Part shown: positions 1 to 13,502 of the stretch, one piece after another
Numbering within the stretch: position 1 is the first letter of the stretch
Layout: each line of letters opens with the position of its first letter
Assembly (NCBI GenBank): GCA_965287045.1
Contig: OZ336886.1
Coordinates: forward strand, 18,910,001-18,974,000
Reading direction: 5' to 3'
Source: Carcharhinus amblyrhynchos
Lineage: Eukaryota
Length of the DNA stretch: 64,000 nt
The notes under the pieces: model-generated
Told to the model about the DNA's origin: nothing
What the model saw: only the letters and a program-made list of their open reading frames with translations
Databases searched by the model: none
Translations under genes and position numbers: made by a program

Positions 1-265
1 TATATTAACATTGCAATGAATTACTGCGAAAATCCCCCAGTCATCACATCCAGTGCCTGTTTGGGGTGGGGGAGAATTGAACACGGCCGATGCACCTAAC
101 TTGCGCTACATTTGGACTCTGGGAGGAAACCCGAGCACCCAGAGGAAACCCATACAGACACAGGGAGAACATGCAGACTCCACACAGACAATGACCCGAG
201 GCTGGAATTGCACCCGGGCCCTTGGCGCCATGAGGCAGCAGTGCTAACCACTCTGCTACCAGCAT
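1..265 (-). mobile_element. V-SINE, HE1-like head with alternative (type B) tail; truncated by window edge
   Basis: tRNA A/B boxes (GTGGTTAGCAC, GGTGCAATTCC), V-domain GGGTTTCCTCTGGGTGCTCGGGTTTCCTCCC, tail CAGTAATTCATTGCAATGTTAAT. Confidence 0.85.
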
Positions 266-1289
266 GGTGATATGCCAATCAATGTGATTGGTTGAGGAGA
301 TCTGCAATTGCTTGCCCTGTTTAATCAGATCCCAGATGCCACTGTACTCATTCTGCTGTCATCAGTTCACACTTTAAGCAACTAGTTATGCAAGCATTTT
401 TTAAAAAATCTAAACATATAAGAGCAAGTCTAACTAACAGCAGACACCACTAAAAGTCCAGCCACAATAAATTCTAGTTAATTGCACTGTCAATACTTTT
501 GATTTCTGTAAAGTTATCCGCAGTAATTCAGATGCTGTCTGTTCCATTTCCCACATTGCACAACATCTCAGAATGTTCAACATTCAGCTCAAAGGAGGGT
601 TTCCTACTCTTCTTTAGTTCTTTGCATCTATATTTAATGAAGATAGAACACACAGTGGGAAATTAAATTTGCAAAAGGTTGATAAAACAGATCAAGTCCC
701 ACAACTCCCCAATGAGAAAACCTGCCAAATTGCAAATTGGTGCATGCACAATGCGTGCATCATGACCTTAGACCTTCATGCAAATCAGCACTGACTCCCC
801 CCTTCCCCCCCCCCACCCCCAAAGAGCCAGTATCATCCAGAACTGCACAGTACAGGAGGAGAAATGAAATTCAGTCCTTGTTGCTACATGAAAATATCAA
901 ATTTTATGATGGTATATGCTGCACGACATGGAGGGTTTAGAAAATCAGCTGTCCAAAACTGCAACAAAAGTTAGTTGGTCAGTTGGATGCTAATTTGTAC
1001 TGGGAGAGATAGGATCTTAATGTACTGGCATCATAGCCACTGAATGGAGTACTTGCTGAGCAGTTAATCAGATAAAAAAGTGCAGGTAAATGTACCAAGC
1101 AAAGTCATATTGCTGCATCTTCGATCAACACTATCTTTTGATATTGCCCACTGTTCTGCCAAGTTGCTCTTCTTGGATATCTGGAAGGAAAATGCACAAG
1201 GAAAGGCTTGTGCTTGGGGAGGGGATGGGGGGAAATACGAGGGGTGTATACTTATCCCAAGTGCAGCTTGTAAATCGGGACAAGGGTGA

Positions 1290-2640
1290 AGTGCAAAGTG
1301 AGGACGAGGATTGGGGATGAGGATACTGTCATTTTCAATGCTCTCAGCTATGGCCTAAGCCACAGAAGGCACAATAACGGTCTCCTCCATGGAGGACAGG
1401 ACAGGACATGCAGCATAGCTTTGTCTCTCCAGTTATCTCCTGGTACCTGCAGTCATGCACCAACTTGTCCTGAAAGAGTGGGGAAAATATGTTTGTGAGT
1501 GTGGTGCAGTTGTTATGATCGAAAATTGTAAGATGTGGGTGTGAAGCTTGCAGTGGTGTTAAATGCATGAGGGTAAAGTGAATCAGATCAATGATGTGTG
1601 AGGTCTAATTTGGCAGAAATAATAGTAGGAAGGATTACTATTTAAAGGGCGAAAAGCTGCAGCATGCTACGGTGCAGAGGGACCTGGGGGTCCTTGTGCA
1701 TGAGTCGCAAAAATCCAGTCTGCCGGTGCAGCAGGTGATCAAGGCGGCAAATGGGATGCTGGCCTTTATAACGAGGGGGATAGAATATAAAAGCAGGGAG
1801 GTCTTGCTGCAACTGTACAGGGCACTGGTGAGGCCGCAGCTGGAGTACTGAGTGCAGTTTTGGTCGCCGCACTTGCGCAAGGATATTTTGGCCTTGGAGG
1901 GAGTACAGAGGAGGTTCACTAGGCTGATACCAGAGATGAGGGGGTTGTGAAGAGAGACTAAATAGACTGGGTCTGTACTCGTTGGAGTTTAGAAGGATGA
2001 GGGGGGATCTTATAGAGATGTATAAGATAATGAAAGGGATGGATAGGGTAGAGGTAGAGAGATTCTTCCTGCTTAGAAAGGATAGCAGGACTAGAGGGCA
2101 CAGCCTCAAGATAAGGGGGGGGGGGGCAGTTTATAACGGACTTGAGGAGGAACTTCTTCACTCAAAGGGTGGTGAATCTCTGGAATTCTCTACCCGTTGA
2201 AGTGGTGGAGGCTACCTCGCTAAATATATTTAAGTCAGGGGTAGGTAGGTTTTTGACAGACAAGGGAATTAAGGGTTATGGGGAGAAAGCGGGAAAGTGG
2301 AACTGATCCACTTCAGATCAGCCAAGATCTTATTGAATGGCGGGGTAGGCTCAAAGGGCTAGATGGCCTACTCCTGCTCCTATTTCTTATGTTCTTATGT
2401 TCTTAATTGGTAGAGATGTTTGATAAGTGAATGAATGATGGGGGAATGTGGTGATCTGATCAATGCCTGAAGCCAGTGCAGTTGGCAGGATATGATAGTT
2501 GAAGATGCATTCACTTACCTTAATCACTTGCATGAGGAAATTAAACTCCTTACAGCATTGCATTTAGGCTTTTAGAGCTTGACTCTTGGCACTGCCCTCC
2601 AGGGTTTTCTGAGTGTCTGAGGACCTTGTTCTCCCGTGGG
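1290..2640 (-). mobile_element. Decayed Harbinger-type Myb/SANT gene segments (minus copy), interrupted by CR1
   Basis: Minus-strand MQCCKEFNFLMQVIK|gtaagt near 2515-2575 and ..SMEETVI.. near 1370-1395 resemble the plus-strand copy at 2700-3570. Confidence 0.5.
1631..2405 (+). mobile_element. CR1-clade LINE 3' fragment, young subfamily
   Basis: ORF2 C-terminus (LYRALVRPQLEY..., EFRRMRGDLIEMYKIMKGMDRV...TRGHSLKI) and (TTCTTATG)n tail. Very similar to 52889-53343. Confidence 0.93.
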
Positions 2641-2699
2641 TACAGGAAATCTTTCTCCCTTTCCAAATCCTTCACTGACACCTCCTGTGCAGCAACTTA

Positions 2700-4700
2700 C
2701 AGACTGTGCTCTTCCTTGGTGTGCCAGACACTGAGAAGGCAGTGGGATCAGAGTGCTGGCATGGCCAATGCCAGCACTGCCACCCCAAGAACTAGAATGC
2801 AGTGGAGAAAAAGCTTTACCACACACGTGGTCAAAGTCAGCAAAGGCATCCTCAAATGCCTTACCCTTACCAATGAATCACAAGCTTCAGACAGCTCCAT
2901 TCACCACCCCCACATCATTCACCTGAAACCAATACCCATCAATCTCCATCAAATGTGACTCATACTTTACATTAATAAAAACTGAACATTCTGGAAGCAT
3001 TCTGCAGGTCAAGCAGCATCTATAGAAACAGAAACAGAATTAAACTTTCAGTCTGATGACCTTTCATTGTCTGGTGAGAGGTTATTGACCTGAAACATTA
3101 ACTCTTTCTCTCCTGACTTGACCTGTTGAGTATTCCCAGAATTTTCTGTTTTATTTCTTATTCCCTGCATCTGCAGTTTTTTGATTTCCGTCCTTGATAT
3201 TCATTGCTTCACTCGCCCCCCACATCCTTAGCAGTGTCACCGGCCTCACGCCCATATCTCACAGCCTGCACACACACTGCCAGTTAGTCAATAGTGGTAG
3301 ACTCATTGCCCAAACACATTTCTCTGGGCGCAGTGATGCTCTTTCCCTCTCAAACAGGGCAAGGTAGCATGGGAACTGCAGAGGCAACAACATCCAACTA
3401 GCAGGGCTGTATGAAGGCTATATCAAAAGGCCCAAATGGCCTACTTCTGCTTCTGTTTTCTATATATGTCTCTGCTTCAATGGTGAAGAAAGTGCTGGCC
3501 ATCATTGGAATGGCTATGACAGAAGCTGCACCCAATGGCAGGGCCAAAATCACTGATGAGGATGGTGTCCTCACAGCCCACTTCCCCCTCAGCCCTCTCA
3601 TGGATGGTGTAAGCATGCATCTCTTTCTTTCCTCCTTTACTCTCAAGGCAACGCAAACCTTGTGCCTTTCTCCATCCAGACACCCAGGGGCAGTGATGCG
3701 GCAATACGAGGTTCAAGGGGAATAAGAGACGAATGACGAAGAGACATCGTCGATCGATTTCACCCTGAGGCATCAGTTCAGATACTGGTGCCACATGTAG
3801 TTTAACAATTGTATACAGGTGGAATCTGACATGGGGGTGGGGGGGGTGGTGATCACAGCATTAAAAGCCTGCAGTCAGGGCAAAGAAGAACAGTAGCACA
3901 GATGCCAACTAATAGACAGGCACAATTACATACAGGCTGTGCTGCAAAACACTCAGCTGAGGATTTCTCCAGGGCGACAGACAGAAACAAGCCACTGGCT
4001 GTGTACTTTAAAAGATGTGTGCGTTGGCAGGCCTGCCAGACAGTTTGCAGTCACTATCGAGGAACATGGGGGAGGCTTACACCAACATTATACAGTGTTT
4101 TGCAGGGAACTTGAGTCCATCCTTCCAATGTGTAAATAGTGGCCAACTCATGAAGACATGTGTGGACCCATCCATGATACAGGGTCTGGCCATGACCCCA
4201 GCTCTCATTGCAGTGCTGCCAGAAGCCTCCCAGTGTTTGGATGCTGCAATGGAAACTCAAATGGAGGTCCTACAATCTCAGCTTGCTGCCTTTCAAGGTC
4301 AGATTGCTGCCATCCAGGCTGTAGAAATCAGCACTCACATGAACATACAGGGTCTCACAGCGGTCCAGGAATCTCTCCTTCAGCTGATTACTCGAATGCT
4401 GAGGTATTTGCTGGGGGAATGGCACTGGCTCCATGGAGCAAGAATCACCAGAAAGCTGACATTCACCCTTCCATCTCTGTGACTAGCCAGGCCAGACTGC
4501 TGCTACCCACGCTGAGGTGGTGCAGTCCAAGACTGGGCCGTGTTGCATCAGACTTGCTCAAAAACATCCTTCATGGCCATTGGCAATCTCCTCCACACAA
4601 AAAAAAACAATAGACTTCCACTAGCCATCCTACCACCATTGTAATAGCACTGCACGGGGGCAGCACTGCATGGGCACAGCACTGCACAGACACAGCACTG
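2700..4700 (+). mobile_element. Decayed Harbinger-type Myb/SANT (trihelix) partner gene
   Basis: LRRQWDQSAGMANASTATPRTRMQWRKSFTTHVVK|gtcag (2730-2836), a following exon-like SMVKKVLAIIG segment and a downstream coiled-coil-like stretch (4200-4400); many disruptions. Confidence 0.55.
2976..3190. mobile_element. Decayed palindromic Penelope-like terminal repeat, second family
   Basis: Imperfect inverted arms (AGGTCAAG..GAAACAGAATTAA / TTAACTCTTTCTC..CTTGACCT) around a degenerate core CTGGTGA-GAGGTTATTGACCT-GAAACATTAAC. Confidence 0.6.
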
Positions 4701-4711
4701 CATGGGCACAG
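4661..4711. repeat. 16-bp tandem repeat CAGCACTGCA(TGGG/CAGA)CA x3
   Basis: Direct inspection. Confidence 0.8.
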
Positions 4712-5899
4712 GGGCAGACTAGTTAAATGAGGCACCTGGAAAGCCTAGTGTGTGCAGTCAGTGGCACCCTTTGTCCTGGGAAGTCCACAGTTCCAGTGAA
4801 AACACATGCAATCTCTGTCATGGAACCCACGGAACCAGAGAATCCTGATCATACAGAAGGAGGCTATTTGGCTCATCAGGTCTGTACTGACTCCCCCAAA
4901 AAGCCCAGGCCCAGAGGGAATATACTTCCCTCCCCTAGCATACAGAGTGTCATTCCCTCACAGCAGTGGACAGCAGTCCAGGGGGTGTTGGAGATGTTGC
5001 CTGCTCCGGACCTGGCAGAATTGCTTGATCCTTCACGCCAGTGGGATTCTCCAGTCATGCCAAAGGAATTACCTGGCAGTAAGACTGGAAAGCTACGCAA
5101 AACCTCGCAGACGTCGAAGAACTGGAAGACTTAATCGCCGGCCAATTGCGAGTCACCTCAGCCATGGGAAAACACACCACAGTGGGGGTCGGAAAATCCT
5201 GCCTGAAGTAATCCATGGCTATGTTGATCTTCACAACCACCAGTAATGCCATCATTGCTCTACTCTGAGGCTGCAGAGGTAGATTTCAGTAAGCACTTCC
5301 TTTGTAGAACAGAGACACTGTACACACTAGTGCTTCATGAAGTTAAGGCAAGACAACTGTTTCCTGAACACAGTGGGTGAATATCGCTCTGCACTGAGAG
5401 TCCCTTTCCCCTTCTCCTCCTCCCTCTTCAAGCAGCTTATCCTCTGTGGTGCTGCCTCTGTTCATATTCCTTGTCATGTTGCAATCCAGGAGAGATAAAT
5501 CTATAGCATCCATGATTAGGAGCAAGTAGTTTGAGCCAGACCTTTAATGGTAGGCTCAAGGCTTTCTCCACTCCCATGAAATGGACTTTAGGTCAGAATC
5601 AATTACAACTTCTGTGAACTCAGAGACAGCAGAATCTGAATCAATCCACCAGGAAATTGAAAGCTGATGATCCTTTTAAATAGAATTTCTGGGTGACCAT
5701 GTTTCCTTAAATTGCCCTTTGCTGTGGCTTGCTTGCTGCATTGCACACTTCCCTAAGATTGCTGCATGCCTGCACAGGGGAATGTTTTAAGGGGAATTTA
5801 GGTTTTGCGCTTCCTGTTTGCTCCCTGAGTGGCCAGAGGGAATATTCCTCAAAGTCTACCAGGAGCCTGAATTAATGCTCAGATGTTTGTGAGAATCAT

Positions 5900-6186
5900 A
5901 AATTAGAGTTATAGAACCCCTACATTGCAGAAAAGGTCATTCAGTCCATTTAGTTGCACCGACTCTCCCCCAACCTATTCCCCCTTAACCCCACACATTT
6001 GCCATGGCTAATCTGTCTAACTTACACATCTTGGGACTGTGTGATGAAACCAGAGCACCCAGAGGAAACCCACACAGACATGGGGAGAATGTGCAGACTC
6101 CCCACAGACGGTCACCCGAGGCTGGAATTGAACCCGGGTTTTTGGAGCTGTGAGGCAGCAGTGCTAACCACTGTGCCACCGTGCCA
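5900..6186 (-). mobile_element. HE1 SINE (tRNA head, V-domain, HER1/CR1-type tail)
   Basis: GGCACGGTGGCACAGTGGTTAGCACTGCTGCCTCACAG head and CTGCAATGTAGGGGTTCTAT tail on the minus strand. Confidence 0.9.
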
Positions 6187-7616
6187 ACCAAAGCTTAAGA
6201 GATGGTGCAAGCTTTGGGAGCTGTGATTTCAAAACAGGAACCACTGGGTCCAAATCAGCTCAACATCACAACAGACATCATAATCCTCCACCCTTCAACA
6301 CCTCCAGCCCAAATTCCTAATGTGTGCTTATGCCTTCACCAAAATCGTGTTCTGCGTCGGCCAAGCCAGGAGTGTGGATGCCATTTTGTAACCAAACTCA
6401 CACCGTAATACTGAAAATACATGCAGAACAGAAGCAGGTTTTTCAATCCTCAGCCTCTCTGTTTATACCCCACACCCCTCCCCCCCACCCCCATACTTTC
6501 CCTGTTTAGGAGCACCACCTCACATTTTTCCATTCTAGATTTCATTTGATATTTATCTACCGAATCTTCAAGACTATCTCTGTTCTCCTAAGACCATTTA
6601 CTATCCTGTACACAGTTCATAAGGCACTCTATTTTACTGTAAATATTTTACATGCTTTCATGATAAGGTGACAAAAAGGTCAAACATCACTCCGCCCCTT
6701 GAACAGCAGCCATGAGCAGCCACCGTGAATTGTCAAAACTAAGACCGGCTGGACTCAGCTGAGGAAATCCAGCAATTTTCCTCCTGGTTCTTATTTGTAT
6801 GCAGGGCAAAGGCTTGGGTTTAAGTTCCTGCATATTGTGCGAGAGCAATACTTGCAGGTGCTAAGTCTGATATTCCATGCTATTAACCACAAATACTCCT
6901 TGTCGTCGTGCGTTCCACATTCTAACCACTCAACGAGTAAAGAAGCTTCTTCGCACTACTTCAGTGGAAATTCATTAACTTCAAGAAAAATTTTAAAATT
7001 GGACTACTGTACTGAATACAAAAACCTCTCAGTGGATCAATTCTACAGCAGACTGCAATTGCAACATTATTGTTCTAAAATGTTAGTATTGAGCAAATAC
7101 TCAAAGGGAGTGATATATCTAGCCACGATACCATATGCAGGATCAATTTGATTGTACTGTTGCATGGAGAGTACTCCATTCTAAAAAACATATCAACATT
7201 AGGAATAACGTGCAGCGTGTAGAGGAGTATTCAGTGATTCATAAGGGAGGAAACATCCTATAGACATCCTCAGATTATAATGTTGCACACTCACAAATTT
7301 AATCAGGAACACAACAGATATTTATTAACAAGGAATACTGTACAAATGCCCGCAGTATCCTCCACTGCCACCACACCTCATTTCCCCACAGTAACCTCAT
7401 TGCAGTGTTAATGTAAGCTTACTTAATGACAGCAATAAATAAACTCAAACTTTAAACTTTCTAGATGCCTTCTGGCTAAGTAAAAACTTCATCCCTGGGG
7501 TGATTATCCACTCAGTCCCAATTAGTCCCTCAAGTCAGGTGACCCTCTTCTACTGTCTTCCCCTTAAAGGGACAAACACTAATCACCACAACAAGCTGAT
7601 AAAATATTCTCATTTA

Positions 7617-9135
7617 CTTTGAGAGGAATCGATTGTAAAAACAGGGAAGTTATGCTTCAGTTGTGCAGGGCATTGATGAGACCACATCTGGAGTACTGCA
7701 TACAGTACTGGTCTCCTTATCTAAGGAAAGATGCAATGGATAAGCAGTTTACTAGACTATTACTAGGAACGGGCGGGTTGTCTTATGAGGAAAGGTTAGA
7801 GAGGTGAGATTTGTGTCCACTAGAATTTAAAAGCTTAAGAGGCAACTTGATTGAAACCTTAAAGATTCTAAATGATATTGACAGGGTGGATGTGGAGTGG
7901 ATGTTTCCTCTTGTCAGAGGATCTAGAACCAGGGGTCATTGTTTAAAAATCAGGGGTTGCTCATTTAAGATGGAGATAAGGAGAATCTTTTTCTCTCAGA
8001 GTCTATGGACATCTTCCTCAAAAGGCAATGGAAGCAGAATCTTTAAGTATTTCTAAGGCACAGTGATGTAGATTTTTGATTAATAAGGGAGTGAAAGGTT
8101 ATTGGGGATAGTCAGGAATGCAAGGTTGAGGTTACATTCAGATCAGCCATGATTTTAATTGAATAGTGTAGCAGGCTCAAGGAGCTGATTTCGTGTGTTC
8201 ATTTGTTCTAATAATTGTTGAATAAAAATGGCATAAAGCAAATCAAAGTCATGAAAATGAGCCAATTAAACAAAATTGGATCTCATGGGACTCAAGGGAT
8301 GATGACAACGTGGATGTGAATTTGGCTGAGGGACAGGAAGCAGAGAGTAATGGTAAACGGTTGCTTTTCTGACAGTCAGGAATTTACAGTGGTGTTTCCC
8401 AGGGGTCAGTATTAGGATCACTGATCCCTTTGATGTATATTAATGACTTGGGCTTGGGTGCTTAGGGAAGAATTTCAAAGTTTGCAAATGATGTGAAATT
8501 TGCAAACGTGATGAATAACAAGGTTGATGGTAATCAGGAAGGTATAGGTGGACTTTTAAAATGTGCAGACAAATGACAGATGAAATTTAACATGGAGAAG
8601 TGTGAAGTGACACATATCAGCAATAATACTAACCATATAATACAATTTTTAAAAATAGCAGGAACAGAAAGGTCTTGGGTTATGTGCACACAATTTATTT
8701 TTAAGTAGCAAGACAAGCGGAGAATGCTGTTAAAATAAAGCATGTGGTATCCTTTGGTTTCCTAATAGAGGCTAAGAGTACAAAAATGAAAGGAAGTTGT
8801 GCTAAATCTTCCTAAAACACTGTTTAGACTGCAGCTGGTCTAACATGTTCACTTCTAGACATTACAAGAAAGAAAGGATGTCAAGGCTCTTGTGAGGGTG
8901 CAGGGAAGATTTACAACAATGTGGCTGGGATGAGGAACATGAATGATGTGAATTAACTGGAAAAGCAGGGGATATACTCCTTAGAATAAAGAAGGTTAAT
9001 AGGAGATCTGATAGGCGTTTGAAATAAGGATATGTTGCGGCAGAGGTAACAAGGAGAAACTGATTCCAATGTCAGAAGTGTCAAAACCCGAGGACGTTGA
9101 TTAAGCTGATTGATTAGGAATCAGAGATGACATGA
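7617..9135 (+). mobile_element. Two decayed CR1 LINE 3' fragments (7617-8200 and ~8280-9135)
   Basis: EVMLQLCRALMRPHLEYCIQYWSPYLRKD; second fragment has GVSQGSVLG-like RT motif; frameshifts and stops. Confidence 0.85.
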
Positions 9136-9602
9136 GGCATTCTGCTGTGCTGCATCTTTGTAGGATTCGGAGCAATAATTGGTAACTGCTTGAAACCGGT
9201 GAGGATGCAGCCTAATCCTTCAATAAGTCATCTCTCCTGATTTTCCATTTTGTAAATTACTAATTGATTACTGATTGATTTTCATCATGCATTAAACTTG
9301 TAAGAATATCCTCAGTTGTGTTTGACCGCACAGTGCTCATCTGACCAAGCTGCTTTATTTGAAACATTGGAAACATTTTCTTTGTTGATCCAATCATTTA
9401 GTTATAGACACAGTCATTACATTTCAGAGTAATTCACTGCAATAATTTGCAAGTGCTTTTAGGTGACATCATTTACAAATGCTTTTTTTGTTCAAAAACT
9501 TGGCATATTAATTGTCACGATCTTCATTATGCAAAATGGCCATGTTATGCAGAAATGTCATTTTATCTACTTCAAATTAAATTATTTTTTGCATGCAGTA
9601 TT

Positions 9603-9922
9603 CATAGAATCTCTACAGTGCAGAAGGCTGCCATTTGGCCCATCAGGCCTGCAGTGACCACAATCCCACCAAGGCCCTATCCTTGTAACCCTACATAATT
9701 ACCCTGCTAATACCCCCTGACACCAAAGGACAATTTACTTTGGTTAATTCACCTAATCCACACTTCTTTGGACTGTGGGAGGAAACCAGAGCACCCGGAC
9801 GAAACACGCGCAGACATGGGGAGAACATGCAAACTCCACACACCAGTCACCAGGGCCTGAATTGAACCCAAGTCTGTGGCATTGTGAGGCAGCAGTGCTA
9901 ACTAATATGCCACTGTGCCGCC
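9603..9922 (-). mobile_element. HE1 SINE
   Basis: Full head, V-domain and CTGCACTGTAGAGATTCTATG tail. Confidence 0.9.
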
Positions 9923-10227
9923 CTGCAAAGAATGAGGTGGTCCTTATATCTGACAGAACAATTTCCTTCCTATTTGAATAATGAAGTTTGTCTTCTTATT
10001 CATGAATGCAATTCGTACAAAGCACTGTTCAAGTTATACACATCCCGTCATCATTTTAAAAATCTTACTGTAATCCGTGAATGTTCTTTGTTGTAGTTAA
10101 TGAGTTGGGTAAAGAACGTTCCATCAGGACTGCAAGGTTAAACAAGAAAGTATTCAGCCTTGCATTTTGAGGGACAATTGCATCATAAAAATGCCTGCCT
10201 TCAATTGCCCACCACAAAGTTGCTTAC

Positions 10228-10449
10228 CTTAGCTGGGAAATTCACTAGGGAACTGGCCAGATTGCCTGTGTTACATCTGAAATTCAGCTGCTGGTCTCTA
10301 CGATACTCGGTCTCCCAGTCCAGTCTGGCCACGTCACGGGTCAATGCTTTTCCTGGATGCAGCCCCGTTTTCTGGAAGGCAGTGCACGTCATGCCTGTAA
10401 AGCTAGCTGGCTTGATCATGAAGGCCTCCAGTGCTATATTCATAGAAAC
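10228..10449 (-). CDS. ADGRA2: ADGRA2 coding exon, GAIN domain
   Basis: VSMNIALEAFMIKPASFTGMTCTAFQKTGLHPGKALTRDVARLDWETEYRRDQQLNFRCNTGNLASSLVNFPAK (DQQL.FRC.TG as in ADGRA2). Acceptor ttctcaccag, donor AAG|gtaagc; 222 nt, phase 0-0. Confidence 0.95.
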
Positions 10450-12535
10450 CTGGTGAGAACGTAGTCAAAAAAAGAGGGAATTTCAGTGAAAACTAGCTGA
10501 AAGATGGCATATGCCCCCAAAATACAGGTCACTTGATGTGGTAGCTTTTTTTGTTGTTGCAATCTTGCCTTTTCTACTAATATCTTTTGCAATTTTTTAA
10601 ATTATTTTTTATTCTCTGGGGGTGAGGAACAGAACCATGAATTCTCAATAAGCCAATTCAGTATCATTAATTGCTGGCTGGCAGTCATCCAAGATGAACT
10701 GAAATTGCTCAGCATTGTGTGACACTGTGGTAGAAGCACTGCTTTATTTTATTTACAGTCTGCGTTAAATCTTACTCATTTCATTTTTAATGGACGCAAG
10801 ATAGGATAGGTTCACCAGGACAAACTAAAAAAAGGTCAAAAACGCAAATCTGACTAAAAGTTACACAAAACAGAGTTGTAATTATTAAATGTATGACTAA
10901 ACACTAGTTTGCCTACAGAATTTGGACCTCAATCAATAAAATTCACGTTTGCATGATTGCGGTTTGCATAACAAAATTACATTAACATGCAAAGTGCATT
11001 TTAATACCCAGCCTGCTTTGACAGAAAAAGGTAGGCACAGGCTTGATGTGAATTAACAAAAAGAAACATGGTCGAGGAAGCTGAAATATTTAACAGAAAC
11101 CCTACCTGCAAAAGTGTTTCCCTTTAGTGAGAACACAGTGAGGTTATAGGTTACAGCTTGCATTGGTTCAACAAAGTGCAATTTTACATGTATATTCCTG
11201 TGAACATTTTAATAATTAAAACCATTCAGGCAAGAATATATTACAGAACCTCTTATTGGTTTTAAATACAAACTTAACATCGCCTGAAGGCTTCAACTGT
11301 ACATTACAAAACAGCTTTACACTCACGAGTCCTTAAAGCAGCTGGTAGCAAATGCTCACAGTGATATGAATTTCAGATGTGGCTCAGGCAATCCGTGTTC
11401 AGAAATATTTATATTAGTACCAGCTTAAAAAGAAATCGAATTTTATGGACCAGATCACTGCTAAATACAACTAGGACTAGATGTTTGGATTGCAGACTCC
11501 CAGTCGCTGGGCTACATCTCAAATGCACACTTTGTGTAACTCCACACTAATATATATTTGTTTTTAAGGCATGATCAGCAAAGCTAAGGAGAATTTTCTA
11601 CAGCAGCATGTTTCCAGTCCAGCATTAGAGATGGTGAACAGTTACGCAGGCAGTTTGGAGAGGTTGGCATTGTGCTTCTTGGAGAAAAGAAAGTTGAGAG
11701 AAAATATGAAAGCAAGCAAAATCCTAGATAGAATTTAATGCCCTCCCCTGTGGTGAGTTGCTTTAGGCAGGAGTGTGGTGGATGGGGACCCTGCCACATT
11801 TCTGTCTCCACTTCAATTAAGTCTGTGAATGGCTTTCTGCTTGCAATTGAGCCACTTAAGGGGGCAATTAATGCTCACTTAAGGGTTGCACCCACCAACC
11901 CACCATTCCAGTGGCGGGCAGCAGGGAGCCTGACAAAGCAAATCTACACAGCATTGCTAGCAGGCTCACTGGAGTTGCTCGTTCAAAGGCACTCAGTTCC
12001 TGATTGAGGGATCCAGAGGGTTGGATGGGGTGTTTTCTGCCCTTGCTGCCGATTCTCTGTGACCCCGGCCCCACCATCAATCAGGTAATTCCTGGCCTTA
12101 TGTGGATATAATAGCAGCAGCAGCCTCCAGTTGATAGCTCTTAGTGGGTGGGACCCCTGCTCCTTGCAAACTGAGGCGAGCTAAATGCCTGAATGGTCCT
12201 AATATGGTGGGCCTTCCCTCAAAGAGGCAAGACGGGGCTCTCATTGGATCTCCAGAGAATTCGGGACAGAGTAGATAGGTAGAAACTTCCCATTGGTGGA
12301 AGGATTGCAAACCCAAAGGGTACAGATCTAAGGCCTGTAGAAAAACCAGTTCATGTAGCCAATGGTTAGACTATCTGAACCTGTCTCCACCAGGCCCTCA
12401 ATCATGATATTCAAAGCAGAATTAGATTAACATTTGAAAAGGCAAGTCAGGGGTGCCCATTGATTTCGGTGGATATTAGTGGTATATTCGGGCATATTTG
12501 GTCACAAGCAGTTTAGTAACTGCCTAAAGTTTGGA

Positions 12536-13215
12536 ACACAGGGACATAGAAGCAGAAGTAGGCTATTCGGCCCATCGAGCCTACTCCACAATTCAAATAA
12601 ATGATGGTTGATTGTCTACCTCAAAACAATCTTGCTATAATCCCTTGATGTCATTAGAAATCTATCGATCTCTGTCATAAACGTACTTGATGTCTGACCT
12701 TCCACAACCCTCTGGAATTCTTTTGGGGTAAAGAATTCCAAAGATTCACTACTCTCCGAGTGAAGAGATTCCTCCTCATCCCAGTCTAAATGGTTTATCC
12801 CTTACTCTGAGACCCTGTCCCCTAGTTCAAGATTCTCATCTCTATCCCCAGCCCAGGATGACGTTGGTTGGGTCAGAAGGCAATGATCATCGATTCTCTT
12901 TCCATTCATTCGGAAAAAAAAAATCAGTCTTCAGCCACTGCCTTGTAAAGCACTCTACCAGATCTCCTGCTTTGCATTCCCACCATTCTACCGTCCTCTC
13001 CCCCATGCCCCTGCATCTACCATTTCTCATCCCTTACAAATTTTGTAAGCTTCAATGAGACCAACTTTCATTCTTTGAAACACAAGAGAATACAGGGCAA
13101 GTCTCCTCAAACTCTCCCCATAGGACAGTCCCGCCAATCCCTGGAATTCATCCACATCCCCCCCCTATGGCAAATATATCCTTTCTTATGTAAGAGGACC
13201 AAAACTGTACAACAT
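12536..13215 (-). mobile_element. CR1 3' fragment carrying a ~150-bp templated insertion
   Basis: CR1 tail (CATAGAAGCAGAAGTAGGC) and ORF2 end; foreign segment at 12858-13005. Confidence 0.8.
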
Positions 13216-13502
13216 TCCAATAACTTGGAATAATTAAAAGATAAACAACGCTAACTGATTGATGAATTCTGTTTTTTTTGTTAATGATTTCGTTTATATG
13301 AGTTAAATATTCAAATTCCAAGGATTTCCAGCAGCTTTATTTTTAAAGATGAAACATTTTGAAGGCCAGGTTCTGCGTCAGTTGTGAGGGTGGTTTGAAA
13401 TCCCAGTTAAGCTAACCAAAGTCATTTAGCAAAGCACTGGTGGTTTAATGTTCCAGAAAACAAAGAGAAAGCGCTGGGGGATAGATTTGCACCATTTGAT
13501 AT

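Noticed and set aside
4727-5246. 135/146-aa ORFs, possibly an LTR-retrotransposon pol tail
   Set aside because: No integrase or RT motifs, LTRs or polypurine tract recognised; too weak to call.
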